Notes under the pieces: generated by a model
What the model was told of the DNA's origin: nothing
The model's database searches: none
What the model saw: the letters and a program-made list of their open reading frames with translations, nothing else
Program-made: the position numbers and the translations under genes
Part shown: one piece after another, positions 24,508 through 34,568 of the stretch
Layout of the letters: each line of letters starts with the position of its first letter
Position numbering within the stretch: the first letter of the stretch is position 1
Source: an uncultured virus (IMG/VR IMGVR_UViG_3300005673_000046)
Taxonomy: Duplodnaviria > Heunggongvirae > Uroviricota > Caudoviricetes
DNA: 64,000 nt
Virus record (IMG/VR): IMGVR_UViG_3300005673_000046
Reading direction: 5' to 3' (one strand)

Positions 24508-25031
24508 GTACCTTCCCACGTGATCGCCTCCACTTCTTCGATGGTCGTCGCCGCGTTGATCGCCGCCTCGCGGGCGGCGAACTGGGCGAACATGGCTTCG
24601 ATGTGCCCGCCGAGCGCCGTGTAGACCTGCAGTGCCTGCGAGGAGTTGACGGTCGTCCAGGTGTTGTCGGCGAGCCGCCAGGGCTTGTCTTCCATCAGCG
24701 GGTCGGCCATCGCGGCCACCGCCAGACCGACCAGGCGAAGCTGCGCGGTGCTGTCGCTGTCGAAGGGCAGCGAGTTCCAGGTGAAGCCGCCCTCGATGGC
24801 GGCATCTCGCGCAACCCGCATGTCTGCGATGCGGTCGGCCTTGGCCTGCTCCAGCGTTCGCGGGTCTTGCCAGACCAGCACGCTGTCGATCAGGAAAGCT
24901 GCGTGTCTCGGTGACGGCCGCGCACCCCAGCCGGGCCAGCCGTCGAACTGAATCCAGCCATCGCCAGGGATCGTGTCCGCCTCGACGACGCCAACAATGC
25001 GCTCGCCGTCCAGGGTCAGGAAGTGGCTCAT
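24504..25031 (-). CDS. DUF4376-like tail fibre assembly protein
   Basis: GGFTWNSLPFDSD..WRLADNT..ITW; ATGA overlap with upstream fibre gene. Confidence 0.8.
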   Translation of the reverse strand: MSHFLTLDGERIVGVVEADTIPGDGWIQFDGWPGWGARPSPRHAAFLIDSVLVWQDPRTLEQAKADRIADMRVARDAAIEGGFTWNSLPFDSDSTAQLRLVGLAVAAMADPLMEDKPWRLADNTWTTVNSSQALQVYTALGGHIEAMFAQFAAREAAINAATTIEEVEAITWEGT

Positions 25032-27601
25032 ATTGCTTGGATGGCCAGGAAGCCGACGGAGTTGACCGCCACGCGGCCATTGGCGTCGCGCACCGTGCAG
25101 GTGGCAACGCCACCAATCTCGCCGAACCGCACGGTCGCCGTGCAACCGATCGTGCTGCTGCTCGAGTTGCCGGTCATGATGATTTCGTTGGTTCCTTGGC
25201 TGCCGTCGGCGTTGGTCATCGAGAAGACCCACGAGTAGGTGTAGGGCGGCGTGCCGCCCGACGGCGTCGCGGTGCGTGACGCAAAGACATGGGTGAACGG
25301 CACCGACGGCTGCGAGTAGTTCTGATTCCCGCCGTTGAAGCTGACCGTGAACTCGTCGAGCGCAAGGTTTTCCTTCTTGACGATGGCGCCGTTGAGCGTG
25401 AGCACCGTGCCGTTGAAGGTGATGTTGGTCGTGCCGTTGCCGGCGGCCCAGGGACCGCCGGCGTTGAAGACCGCGCCGGAGCCGGTCATGGTGGTTCCGC
25501 TGATAGCGGGCGTGGTCCCGACGCTCAGCGTGCCGTTGAAAGTCCCCGTGACCCCCGACAGCTGGCCCCGGATGAAGGCGTTGTTGAACTCGACCGAGCC
25601 GTCGGAGTGGATGCGGAAGCCCGACGTGCCCGCGACGAAGTTGCTCGACTGGATGGCCGAGCCACCGATGGTGATGTTGCCGATGGTGCCGGCGGTGGCG
25701 TACACCGTGCCGCGCACGACGACCCCGGAGAACTCGGCCGTGCCGTTGGGCCGGATGCGCCAGCCCGAGCTGCCGCTGACGAAGACCGTGCTCTTGAGGT
25801 CGCCGCCCACCGTGCCGTCGCCCACCGTGAGCTTGGCCGCGCTCAGGTTGGCGACCTTCGCATCGTCGATGGCCGCGTCGCCGATCTTGACCCGCGTGAT
25901 CGAGCCGCTGCGGATGAACACCTCGTCGATGTAGACGCCCTTGAGCACCGGCTCGCCGTTGAGCGTGGTGTTGGTCGTCTGCACGAAGAACGGCAGGATG
26001 TCGTCGATGTCGCCGCTGCCGGTCGGCGCGCCGATCCAGAAGCGGTCGGCCAGCACGCCGAAGTCGATGGTCGGGCCGGCCGTGCCGCCGCTGGTGCCGG
26101 TGATGCCGAAGCCGCCGACGACCGTGCGCCCGTCCGCTGTCAGCTCGGTGCGAACCGTGTACTTCGAGCTGATGTGCCCCGTCTCGCCGGCGCGCACCGT
26201 GGCCTCGGTCTGCAGCGCCGCATAGGTCGGGTTGTTGCCGACCGTGGGCGTGTCGACCTTGGCAAACAGCGTGGTGACGTTGCTGGCGATCGCGTCGGTG
26301 TGCGCCTTGGTGTAGGTGTAGCTCTGGACGTAGGCCTCGCTGGCGCTGATGACGCCGGCGTCAGCCGCCTGGTAGGCCGCGGTCAGGTTCGTCGAGAGCG
26401 TGTTGAGCGCGCCGTCCACGTCGGAGCGCGAGTAGGCCCAGGTCTGCGTGTAGGCCTGCGCGGTGCTCAGGGTGGTGTCGTCGGCCGTCGTGAACGCGGT
26501 CGTCAGGAGCGTGGAGGCCGTGGCAATGGCCGCGGTCATCGACGCGGTCGTGCTGTAGTCGGTCAGCAGCAGCGAGCGCGTGGCCGCGAGGCCGGTCGTC
26601 GGGTTCTGCACCTCGGCGGCCAGAGTCTCGCGTGCCAGCGCCTCGGCCTGGTCGCCGCTCACGCGCGCCGCCGTCTCCTGTTGCACCAGCGCCAGCAGCG
26701 TCGCGTTGCCGGTCTGCAGCGCGGCGGTCAGGGTGACGATCTGCTCGGCAAGTTGCGTGTCGCCCTGGTTGATGACGTTGCGGACCTCCTGCAGCGCGGT
26801 GCCGCGGTCGCGGGCCTCGTTGAGCAGCGCCTCGGCGCGGCGCAGGCCCTCCTCATGGACCGTGAGCGCGGCCTCCAGCGCACGGCGCGCGGCCTCGTCG
26901 ATGTCGTGCGCCAGGCGCGTGATCGGGCGGGACAGGTCGGCGTAGAGCTGGCCCATCCTGATCTGCTGCGACAGGGCCTGCAGCACGGCCGGGATGTCCA
27001 CGCCCGTCGTCGCCACCACGCCATGCGTGCCTCCAGCGGGGTTGGTGGACTCCACGCCATCGACCGTCACCCACTTGATCCACAGGTGCCAGGTCTTCGA
27101 TGGGCCGGTGGCGTAGGCGTGGAAGGTGATCGGTCCGACCGCGGTGTCGATCAGCTTCGTGCGCGGGTCGCCGAAAGTCGGCTCCGTCTCGCCGATCAGG
27201 CGCACGGCGCCGTAGATGCGCGTGGCGAAGTGCCCATGCCCCTCGGTGTAGATCGGGGCGTCCCACTCCATGAGGATGTTGGTGAAGCCGGCCGTGGCCG
27301 CGAAACCCGTCGGCGTGGGCGGCGGCGTCAGGTCCGGGACGTAGGGGTCGCTCGGCGGGCCTGGCGGGCCGGGCACGGGCACATATCCGCCGCCGCCGAT
27401 GCCGTCACCCGCAACGAGCTGGCCGCCTGGCGTGAAGCGCAGCACCCCGGCCTGCACCAGGCGACGCAGGTCGACGAACTTGTCGAGCTGGTCGCCGACA
27501 GTGGCCTGGGTCGGATCGCGCGTCTGAACGTAGGCGCGCAGCTGCTTGAGGAAGTTGGCCGCGTTCTCGCTGGGCAGCTGCGGGATGCCGGAGCCGGCCA
27601 T
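25028..27601 (-). CDS. tail tip/host-specificity fibre (DUF1983/gpJ C-terminal-like)
   Basis: FGVLADRFWIG..PFFV..GVYIDEVFIRSGSITRVKI; FnIII-like PPPTPTGF; coiled coil. Confidence 0.8.
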   Translation of the reverse strand: MAGSGIPQLPSENAANFLKQLRAYVQTRDPTQATVGDQLDKFVDLRRLVQAGVLRFTPGGQLVAGDGIGGGGYVPVPGPPGPPSDPYVPDLTPPPTPTGFAATAGFTNILMEWDAPIYTEGHGHFATRIYGAVRLIGETEPTFGDPRTKLIDTAVGPITFHAYATGPSKTWHLWIKWVTVDGVESTNPAGGTHGVVATTGVDIPAVLQALSQQIRMGQLYADLSRPITRLAHDIDEAARRALEAALTVHEEGLRRAEALLNEARDRGTALQEVRNVINQGDTQLAEQIVTLTAALQTGNATLLALVQQETAARVSGDQAEALARETLAAEVQNPTTGLAATRSLLLTDYSTTASMTAAIATASTLLTTAFTTADDTTLSTAQAYTQTWAYSRSDVDGALNTLSTNLTAAYQAADAGVISASEAYVQSYTYTKAHTDAIASNVTTLFAKVDTPTVGNNPTYAALQTEATVRAGETGHISSKYTVRTELTADGRTVVGGFGITGTSGGTAGPTIDFGVLADRFWIGAPTGSGDIDDILPFFVQTTNTTLNGEPVLKGVYIDEVFIRSGSITRVKIGDAAIDDAKVANLSAAKLTVGDGTVGGDLKSTVFVSGSSGWRIRPNGTAEFSGVVVRGTVYATAGTIGNITIGGSAIQSSNFVAGTSGFRIHSDGSVEFNNAFIRGQLSGVTGTFNGTLSVGTTPAISGTTMTGSGAVFNAGGPWAAGNGTTNITFNGTVLTLNGAIVKKENLALDEFTVSFNGGNQNYSQPSVPFTHVFASRTATPSGGTPPYTYSWVFSMTNADGSQGTNEIIMTGNSSSSTIGCTATVRFGEIGGVATCTVRDANGRVAVNSVGFLAIQAI

Positions 27602-29248
27602 CTAGACCAAGTCCTCGAAGTTCTCGGCCAGCAGCAGGCCCTGCGCGGTCCCGGTGGTCACGATCTGGAGCTGGAACTCCTGCGCGAGGTAGCCGCCGGG
27701 CAGCGTGAAAGGCTCGCCGCTGGCCACCGTGCGCTGGAAGACCTGGGTCCAGGCGTGCGTGCCGTTGCTCTGCAGGATGTTGGCCCACAGCGTCACCTGC
27801 GCGCTGATGGGCGTGTCCGCCTCCACCTTGGCCGCGCCCGGGTTGGTCGGGTACGGGTGGCGCACGACGCCGGTCTTGAACGTCACCGGCAGTTGTGCCG
27901 CCGCGGTGTGGTGCCAGCGCCGGATGACGTTGCCGACGTCCTGGAGATACAGCCGGTCGCTGATCGGGTCGTAGAAGACCCCGCGCGCGCCCTGCGTGAG
28001 GAAGATGATGCCCCGCGGGTTGCGCGGGTCGATCATGAAGCCCTTGAGGCCGTTGCCATCGTCGTAAAAGCCGATGTACTGGTCCTCGTAGCGCGTGCCG
28101 ATGAGCGTGCTGGGCGCCATCGCCGACCACTGCTCGGGCGTCAGCATGTCGGCCGTCACCACGTTCGGGCGCACGCCCTCGCCGATGAAGCACAGGCCGT
28201 TGGGGGAGCCCCAGGCCACGCCGCCGTTGACGCCGGCGATCGAACGCTTGGACGTACACGACTGGTCGAACTCGATGGGCTGCTCGCCCATGCCCAGCGG
28301 CGACGCGCCGGTCAGCAGGAAGGGCTGGGCGGTGGTCAGGATGAGCCAGTTCTGCAGCCACTTGCCGGTGCCCACGATGTCGTCGGGCAGCGCGGCCTGG
28401 TACTTCACCGGCCAGGCCCACGGCTTGTAGGGCTCGCAGATGGCGTAGCTCTTGCCGAAGAAGCCTCCGATCATCCCGTTCCACAGGCTGATGAGGCCCT
28501 TGAGGTTGCTCGGCGGCATCTCCCAGGCCGGCTTGAGCTCGCTGCCGCCGGACTCGAGAATCCGGCCGCGCGAGCCGGTGTCGGTGTGCGCGGTCGTGGC
28601 CACCGCGATTTCGGCCACGAGCGCGTACTCCGAGCCGTCGACCGAGACGTAGATGCAGCGCAGCGTGACGTCGGGGTGGCCGCCGGGGACGGGATCGAAG
28701 GTGTCCAGGTCCACGGTCGAGCCGCCCGGGACCACGATGCTCCTGGGCAGGCCTGGCGCGCCCTCGCGGCCCTGATTGTTCTTGAAGGTGTCCACGTACA
28801 CGCGCGTCTCGTCGGCGCCGCTGCCAGCGACGTCGAGCGTGGCGTTCATGGCCGTGGTCGGCTTGGGTATGCCCAGCGGCCGGCTGGCGGCCGGCTGCGG
28901 CGTGGCGGGCAATCCGAGGACGTTGTCGGTGCGCTTGGGTGCGCCGTCGCCGGTGTAGTAAATCTCCTCGGTCGTGTCGTTGGCGATGAGGCTGCGCACC
29001 ACGTCGACATCGACGGTCCACTGCAGCCAGGCCGAGGTGTCGCTGACCACGGCGCGGTTCATGCGGTAGGCCGAGATGAGCGGCGTCACGCCGCCGGTCG
29101 TCACCACGGTCGAGGCCTCGCGCCAGCCGCCCAGGTTGGCCGCGCCGGGGCGCAGGTTGACGCAGTTGACCCCGAAGCCCTCGGGCAGCCGCTTCTTGTC
29201 GGCGCGCAGGTTCGCGCCGAAGAAGTTGGACCATGCGGCGATCAGCAT
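27602..29248 (-). CDS. tail nozzle/stabilisation protein
   Basis: Beta-rich 548 aa; EPYKPWAWP motif; follows the adaptor genes. Confidence 0.7.
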   Translation of the reverse strand: MLIAAWSNFFGANLRADKKRLPEGFGVNCVNLRPGAANLGGWREASTVVTTGGVTPLISAYRMNRAVVSDTSAWLQWTVDVDVVRSLIANDTTEEIYYTGDGAPKRTDNVLGLPATPQPAASRPLGIPKPTTAMNATLDVAGSGADETRVYVDTFKNNQGREGAPGLPRSIVVPGGSTVDLDTFDPVPGGHPDVTLRCIYVSVDGSEYALVAEIAVATTAHTDTGSRGRILESGGSELKPAWEMPPSNLKGLISLWNGMIGGFFGKSYAICEPYKPWAWPVKYQAALPDDIVGTGKWLQNWLILTTAQPFLLTGASPLGMGEQPIEFDQSCTSKRSIAGVNGGVAWGSPNGLCFIGEGVRPNVVTADMLTPEQWSAMAPSTLIGTRYEDQYIGFYDDGNGLKGFMIDPRNPRGIIFLTQGARGVFYDPISDRLYLQDVGNVIRRWHHTAAAQLPVTFKTGVVRHPYPTNPGAAKVEADTPISAQVTLWANILQSNGTHAWTQVFQRTVASGEPFTLPGGYLAQEFQLQIVTTGTAQGLLLAENFEDLV

Positions 29249-29252
29249 GGCG

Positions 29253-29873
29253 TCACACCGGGGACGGCTTCACGCGCAGCCGGTTGCGGCGGATGGGCCC
29301 GGCGTCGCTGGAGCGATCCAGCGCCAGCGCCAGGTACAGGCTCTCGTGGCGCGCCGACTCGCGCGGGTCGTAGTACGGGCGGGCCTTGTGGCGGAACATC
29401 CGCGACAGAGCCCGGTGGATGATCGGCTCGCGGTGTCTGCGGTACAGGTCGTCGTCGAGTCCGCTGGCGCCGCTGCCCGGGGCGTAGGCCACGGTGGCGA
29501 CGATGGCCTCGCCGCCGGCGACTGGCGTGGGCAGCAGCTGCAGCGTGTCGCGCGCGATGACGCGGGCGAGCTTGGCCGTGCCGACCTCGCCGGGCTCGAT
29601 GTCGTCGCTGTCGCCGGGGACCATCTCACCGACCTCGCGGCCGCCCACCCAGATCGCCGGCAGCCCGACCATGTCGGTGTCCGCGGGCGGGGTGAAGGTG
29701 TAGGCGCTCTGCAGCGCCACGGTGCTGCCGAAGGAAACGCTCGCGGCGCGCCAGACCCGCGACAGCTCGAAGTAGTCGCGCGCGGAGGCGCGCACCTCGT
29801 CGAGCATCACCGGATGAGCGGCGTCGGTCAGGTAGGCCGTCAGCTCGTCGACCAGGGTGGTCCACGGCACCAT
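29253..29873 (-). CDS. head-tail adaptor-like protein
   Basis: Likely true start MVPWTTLV at 29873 after GGAGG; position in the morphogenesis operon. Confidence 0.65.
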   Translation of the reverse strand: MVPWTTLVDELTAYLTDAAHPVMLDEVRASARDYFELSRVWRAASVSFGSTVALQSAYTFTPPADTDMVGLPAIWVGGREVGEMVPGDSDDIEPGEVGTAKLARVIARDTLQLLPTPVAGGEAIVATVAYAPGSGASGLDDDLYRRHREPIIHRALSRMFRHKARPYYDPRESARHESLYLALALDRSSDAGPIRRNRLRVKPSPV

Positions 29874-29875
29874 GG

Positions 29876-30592
29876 TCAGCCTCCCGCCGGCGCGCCGTTG
29901 CCGGCGCTCTCGGCGCCGTCGGAGAGCATGGCCAGGTTCGCGTCGAGCGCCTTCACGCGCGCGTCCTTGATGCCCAGGCTCTGCAGGAACAGCTGGTAGT
30001 AGGCGGTGGCCGCAGGGTTCTTGGTGTAGTTGGTCTGCTTGGCCATCGCGCGGAACAGCACGTAGTACTGGAGCGCGTTGGCGTAGATGTCGTCGATGAC
30101 GATGGTGTTGCCGATGGCCGCCAGCTCGGCCGGGACCGCCGAGTAGATGACCTCGCCCTTGTGGGTCGTGCCGTTGGCCTGGGGCCAGCGGTAGAAGGCC
30201 TTGGGCTCGTTCGGGTCGAAGAAGTAGTGGATGGCGTCGGCCGCGGCGTCGGCGTGCCAGTTGGGGCGCTGCTCGTCGAGCCACAGCATCGGCCGCACGG
30301 TGACGGCGCGACCCGGGGTGACGCCGTCGTTGGCGAAGTTCCGCAGGAACTTCATGAACTGCACACCGTCGGCCAGGTTGAGCCCGGCCAGGGTCTGGCG
30401 CGTGCCGGCCTGGAAGGTGACGATGCTGCTCTTGATGTAGGCCGAGGGCAGGTTGATGACGACCTCGCGCTGGCCGTCGTTGATCCACCGCAGGATTTCC
30501 TCCACCGGCCAGCGAACACCGTTGCCGCCGTTCGTGTCGTTGAGGATCGTCCAGGCGCGGTCGGCGATCATCTGTCCGGTGAAGGTCGGCAT
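29876..30592 (-). CDS. head-tail adaptor (DUF6682-like)
   Basis: VRWPVEEILRWINDGQRE; IDDIYANALQYYVLFRA. Confidence 0.75.
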   Translation of the reverse strand: MPTFTGQMIADRAWTILNDTNGGNGVRWPVEEILRWINDGQREVVINLPSAYIKSSIVTFQAGTRQTLAGLNLADGVQFMKFLRNFANDGVTPGRAVTVRPMLWLDEQRPNWHADAAADAIHYFFDPNEPKAFYRWPQANGTTHKGEVIYSAVPAELAAIGNTIVIDDIYANALQYYVLFRAMAKQTNYTKNPAATAYYQLFLQSLGIKDARVKALDANLAMLSDGAESAGNGAPAGG

Positions 30593-30595
30593 CGC

Positions 30596-31261
30596 TCACT
30601 CCTCGGCGCTGGGCGCAGCGATCGCGGCCGCGTAGACGGCGCTCTGCAGCTCCTCGTGCGAGGCGCGCAGGTTGACCTTGAGGGAGTTGACCCGCGCGAA
30701 CACCTTGAGGTCGTTGACCGCGTACTCGGACAGGTCGATTTCGTCGCCGGTGTCGACGTCGATCAGCTTGGTCGTGGAGCCTTCGACGGGCGTGAAGCGC
30801 ACGCGCGGCGGCGCGCTGTCGATCGGGTCTTCGGGCGGAATGTCCTCGCCGGCCTGGGCGGCGGGCTCGCCTTCCGGCGGTGGCTGGATCGGCTCGATCG
30901 GCTCGATCGGCTCGATCGGCCTCTCGGTGATCGGCGCGCCCGGCGCGTGCAGCGTGAGGCCGAGCTTGGCGGCGGCCAGCGCAATCAGCTCGGGGGTGAG
31001 CAGGTTGAGCACGTGGGGCAGGTTCTCGGGCGCCAGCGCGGCGGCGGCGGCCGGCGGCGCGTGCAGGCGCTTGGCCCGCTGGATGGCGGCCTGGTCGTCG
31101 GCGCGAACCCAGACATCGGGGTGCTGCAGCAGCGCGCCGGCGGCGTGGCCGGGCACCATGCGCACGGCGTTGGGGGCGTCCCACCAGATGCCGGTGCCAG
31201 CGACGGTGTCCTGGCGGCGCGGCTTGGTGCCGACGTACATGATGGGGATGGGTGCGGACAT
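30596..31261 (-). CDS. hypothetical head-associated protein
   Basis: YVGTKPRRQDTVAGTGIWW; PIE repeats; GGAG RBS. Confidence 0.7.
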   Translation of the reverse strand: MSAPIPIMYVGTKPRRQDTVAGTGIWWDAPNAVRMVPGHAAGALLQHPDVWVRADDQAAIQRAKRLHAPPAAAAALAPENLPHVLNLLTPELIALAAAKLGLTLHAPGAPITERPIEPIEPIEPIQPPPEGEPAAQAGEDIPPEDPIDSAPPRVRFTPVEGSTTKLIDVDTGDEIDLSEYAVNDLKVFARVNSLKVNLRASHEELQSAVYAAAIAAPSAEE

Positions 31262-31286
31262 GGGTTCGCTCCGGTTCGGGTTGGGG

Positions 31287-31329
31287 AAAAGACAGCGGGC
31301 CCGTCCCCGGGTGGGGAGGGCCCGCTGTT
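31287..31329 (-). terminator. intrinsic terminator after the capsid/decoration genes
   Basis: ACAGCGGGCCC/GGGCCCGCTGT stem followed by CTTTT on the minus strand. Confidence 0.65.
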
Positions 31330-31372
31330 CAAGGCGGCTGGGGTCAGCCGTTCACAGGAGACGCTGAGGCAA

Positions 31373-31801
31373 TCAGCGCAGACCGACCATGCTGCCGACG
31401 GCGATGGCGAAGACCTCGCCGGCCTGCCAGGTGCCGCCGGTGTTGATGGTCAGGCGCAGCATCACGTCCTCCTCGAACGTGATCGGCTTGAACGCGCAGT
31501 ACATGCGACCACCCGCGCGCAGCAGGGTCTGGCCGGCCGCGGCGAAGTATTGGTCGTTGTCGACGATGGTGCCGCCGGGCAGCTTGACGAAGCCCAGGCG
31601 GAACAGCGAGGTCGTGGTGCTCTCGATGTCGTCGGCCTGGATGATGAGGTCGCTGTACTCGATGCCCTTGGGCAGCAGCCAGTCGAAGGTGTCGTTGGCC
31701 GCGAGGGTCAGGGGGACGACCTTGTCGACGATGCGCGCGACGTTGCCGTCCACGCGCTGCAGCTTCGGGGCCGCGAACTTCACGGACTTGTATTGGGCCA
31801 T
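31373..31801 (-). CDS. capsid decoration/cement protein
   Basis: 142 aa beta-rich, directly after the major capsid gene; AGGAG RBS. Confidence 0.65.
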   Translation of the reverse strand: MAQYKSVKFAAPKLQRVDGNVARIVDKVVPLTLAANDTFDWLLPKGIEYSDLIIQADDIESTTTSLFRLGFVKLPGGTIVDNDQYFAAAGQTLLRAGGRMYCAFKPITFEEDVMLRLTINTGGTWQAGEVFAIAVGSMVGLR

Positions 31802-31877
31802 GTGAGGCTCCTAGAAGGTTGGGTTGAGGCGCGCGCGTGGCGTGAGGCCTGCGCGCGCCGGATCAGGCTGACGAGGG

Positions 31878-33179
31878 TCAGACCAGGCGCTTGCGCACGA
31901 CCGAGTCGATGATCGCCGCGCCGAAGTCGGTGGGCTCCAGGTCGCCATCGGCGTTGGGCAGCGAGAAGCGCAGCTTCTGCTCGGCGCCGATGATTTCGCC
32001 GGCCATCTCCAGGTTGCGGCCGAAGTTGGTGCGGTTCTCCAGCAGCGAGTAGGTTTCCTCGCTGGTCTGGTTCGCACCCGAGCACAGCGCCAGGGCCTGC
32101 GCGCTCAGGAACACCGAGCGGGCGACCATGTGGGTCGTGCTCAGCGCGCCGGCCACGGTGACGTTCGTCTCCGTGGCGGTGAGGCGGTTGGCCTGGGTGA
32201 TGTGCTTGACGACGGCGTTGGCGCTGAAGCGGATGCCGAAGTGCATCTTGCGCACCAGCACGCCGTTCCAGAGCATCGGGCCGCCGGCGAACAGCGGGTG
32301 CGCCCCCATGCGGCCGTACTGCGCGCGCTGCACCGCGTTGGCCTGGAAGGTGCGGATGTTGTTGTTGGCCGTGTTGTCGGTCAGCAGCGAGTCCCACACC
32401 AGCGGGTCGACGTACAGCACGCCCTTGATGGGGTCGTCGCCCGCGCCCTCGTCGCCGGGGATCTGCAGCGGCGACATCTTGACGGTCATCTCGTCCCAGA
32501 TCGCGGCCCAGGCGTCGATGTGCGCCAGCAGCAGCCGGTCGGCGGTGTCGACGCTGGCCAGCTGTTGGCCGCCCTGGATCAGGTCGGTGCCGTCGACCAC
32601 GAAGTGCCGGTTGAAGGTCGGCGCGAGCACCGGGTTGACCATCTGCTCGACGAAGTCGGGATCGGTGTCGAGCGGCAGAATCCAGTCGGTGCCGTTCTGC
32701 TCGCCGCGGGCGCCGGCCAGGTGCGTCAGGCAACGCTGCCAGCGGAAGCGCGGCATGCCGCCCTTGAGCTGGTTGAGCGCGTTCATGCGCAGCGAGTGCG
32801 GCGTGCGCGCCTGGCTCATCTTGCCGCCGGCGGACACCGGCAGCGTGGCCATGTCGATCTTGATGTCGACGGAGCTGTACTTCAGCTCGGCGCCCATACC
32901 CTCGGCGTTGCGGTCGCCCATGACGGCGCGCAGCTTGGCCACGTGCGCGCAGTCGACCTGGACGAGCGTGCCGGGGCCCTTGGAGAGTTCGTCGACGCGG
33001 ACGATCGGCATGTCGTTGGACGACTGCTGCCGAATCTTGCGCATCGCGTCGTCGTGGCTCGGCATCGGGCCGGTGAGCGACTTGATGGGGGTGGGTTGGC
33101 GCACCGCCATCGCGGAAAGCGCCTTGGAGAACTGCTTGTTGGCCAGCGGCGAGCTGGCCGAGACATTGGTCATGCCCAT
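31878..33179 (-). CDS. major capsid protein (DUF4043/N4-gp56-like)
   Basis: 433 aa; PIVRVDELSKGPG, GGKMSQART, HPLFAG..WNGVLVRK, DFG; follows the scaffold. Confidence 0.88.
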   Translation of the reverse strand: MGMTNVSASSPLANKQFSKALSAMAVRQPTPIKSLTGPMPSHDDAMRKIRQQSSNDMPIVRVDELSKGPGTLVQVDCAHVAKLRAVMGDRNAEGMGAELKYSSVDIKIDMATLPVSAGGKMSQARTPHSLRMNALNQLKGGMPRFRWQRCLTHLAGARGEQNGTDWILPLDTDPDFVEQMVNPVLAPTFNRHFVVDGTDLIQGGQQLASVDTADRLLLAHIDAWAAIWDEMTVKMSPLQIPGDEGAGDDPIKGVLYVDPLVWDSLLTDNTANNNIRTFQANAVQRAQYGRMGAHPLFAGGPMLWNGVLVRKMHFGIRFSANAVVKHITQANRLTATETNVTVAGALSTTHMVARSVFLSAQALALCSGANQTSEETYSLLENRTNFGRNLEMAGEIIGAEQKLRFSLPNADGDLEPTDFGAAIIDSVVRKRLV

Positions 33180-33241
33180 GGTTGAGGTTCCTGGTCGTGG
33201 AACCGCACCACGCGGTCATGCCGCGGCGTGGAGTGGGCGCG

Positions 33242-34249
33242 TCAGCCGGAGGTTCGGTTGAGCGCGGCCATCACTTCCTCGTCGCTGGCCATGGCGTGGA
33301 AGTTCGGTTCCGAGTGGGTCGGTGGAACCCCGCCGCGCACGTCGGACAGCGTCTCGGGCGCCCTGGTGGGCGCGCGCGCGACGGCATCGCGGATGGCGGC
33401 AGCGGGGTCGGGAGGGGGTGGCGGCGGCGGCGGGGTGCCGGCGCTGCCGAGTTCCGCGTTGACCCTTCGGACGACTTCTTGCAGGCGGTCGTGGACCGGT
33501 GCGTTCTTCCAGCGATCGAGCTTCAGCAGCAGCCCGTCCGTCACCTTGGCCAGTTGCCAGTGCTGCTGGTACTGGGGCAGGTGCTGCCAGTCCGACAGCG
33601 CCGGGACGTCATCCACCGCGGCCTGGAGGTCGGGGTCTTGGATGACTTCCGGGACGAAGTCGGGGTCTGGCGGCGGCGGCGGTGGTGCGCTCGCGGTGAG
33701 CTGCTGCAGCTTGGCGCTCATCGCACGCATGGCCTTGCCGATTTCCGGGAAGTCGGCTTCGGCGCGCGCGATGACGGCCTCGATGTCGTCGGGGTCGTCC
33801 GACGGCTCCGGGGTCTTGCCTGCGGCGGCTTCCTGCAGCCTCATCTCGAGGTCGAGCACCCGGTCGCGCAGGACTCGCTCCTGATGGCGCGAGGCGCGCA
33901 GCGCGGCGCGCACGTCGCCCTCTTTCGCGGGCGGCTGGCCGCTGGGCGCCGGTGCTGCAGCCGGCGGCGTCGGTGCCGCAGCCGGAGCCGGCGGCGCCTG
34001 GGTAGGCGCGGGGCTCGGTGGCTGGGTCGGCGCTGCTGGCGCTGCTGGCGCTGCTGGCGCTGCTGCTGGTGCTGCTGACAGTGCGGGCGGCTGAGGGGGC
34101 GCCGTGGGCTCGGTGGGCAAGATGCCTTCCTGCTCCAGGAGCGCCTGGTCCTCTGCGGTCGCGTTCGCATCCAGCTCGGCGATGAGCTTGTGCTCGAACT
34201 CGGCGAGTTCCTTGAGTTCGCTGGTTTCGGTCGTCGTCTCCGTGGTCAC
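33242..34249 (-). CDS. capsid scaffolding protein
   Basis: Acidic, Pro/Ala-rich, coiled coil; directly upstream of the capsid gene; GTG start after GGAG. Confidence 0.75.
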   Translation of the reverse strand: MTTETTTETSELKELAEFEHKLIAELDANATAEDQALLEQEGILPTEPTAPPQPPALSAAPAAAPAAPAAPAAPTQPPSPAPTQAPPAPAAAPTPPAAAPAPSGQPPAKEGDVRAALRASRHQERVLRDRVLDLEMRLQEAAAGKTPEPSDDPDDIEAVIARAEADFPEIGKAMRAMSAKLQQLTASAPPPPPPDPDFVPEVIQDPDLQAAVDDVPALSDWQHLPQYQQHWQLAKVTDGLLLKLDRWKNAPVHDRLQEVVRRVNAELGSAGTPPPPPPPPDPAAAIRDAVARAPTRAPETLSDVRGGVPPTHSEPNFHAMASDEEVMAALNRTSG

Positions 34250-34568
34250 GTTGAAAGCTCCATGTCGCCTTGACGGGGGCGGTCCCGAGACGACGAAGCC
34301 CCTGCAGCCGGAATCCGGCCCAGGGGCTTCGAGGTCGCCGTCCAGAGGGGTCGCGCCTGCTCGTTGGACGAGTCGTGCAGGCGGCTGCCACGGCTGGGGT
34401 GCAACACCACCGGCCGCCGCGGCTCAAGCCGATGGCTGAGAAGCTGTCCGCTGCACTGCGCGCAGCGCAGCGGACAGTTCCCGAGGAAATTGGCCAATTA
34501 CCGGCGCATCTGTGCGTTCGGGGTTCCTGGCTTAATTCGTCGAATTTCCGGGCTCGACTCCGAAGCCT

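Noticed and set aside
22745..27601. Diversity-generating retroelement or invertible tail-fibre cassette
   Set aside because: No reverse transcriptase, TR/VR repeat pair or invertase seen in the window.
25289..29422. 1377-aa + strand ORF
   Set aside because: Antisense shadow of the tail genes.
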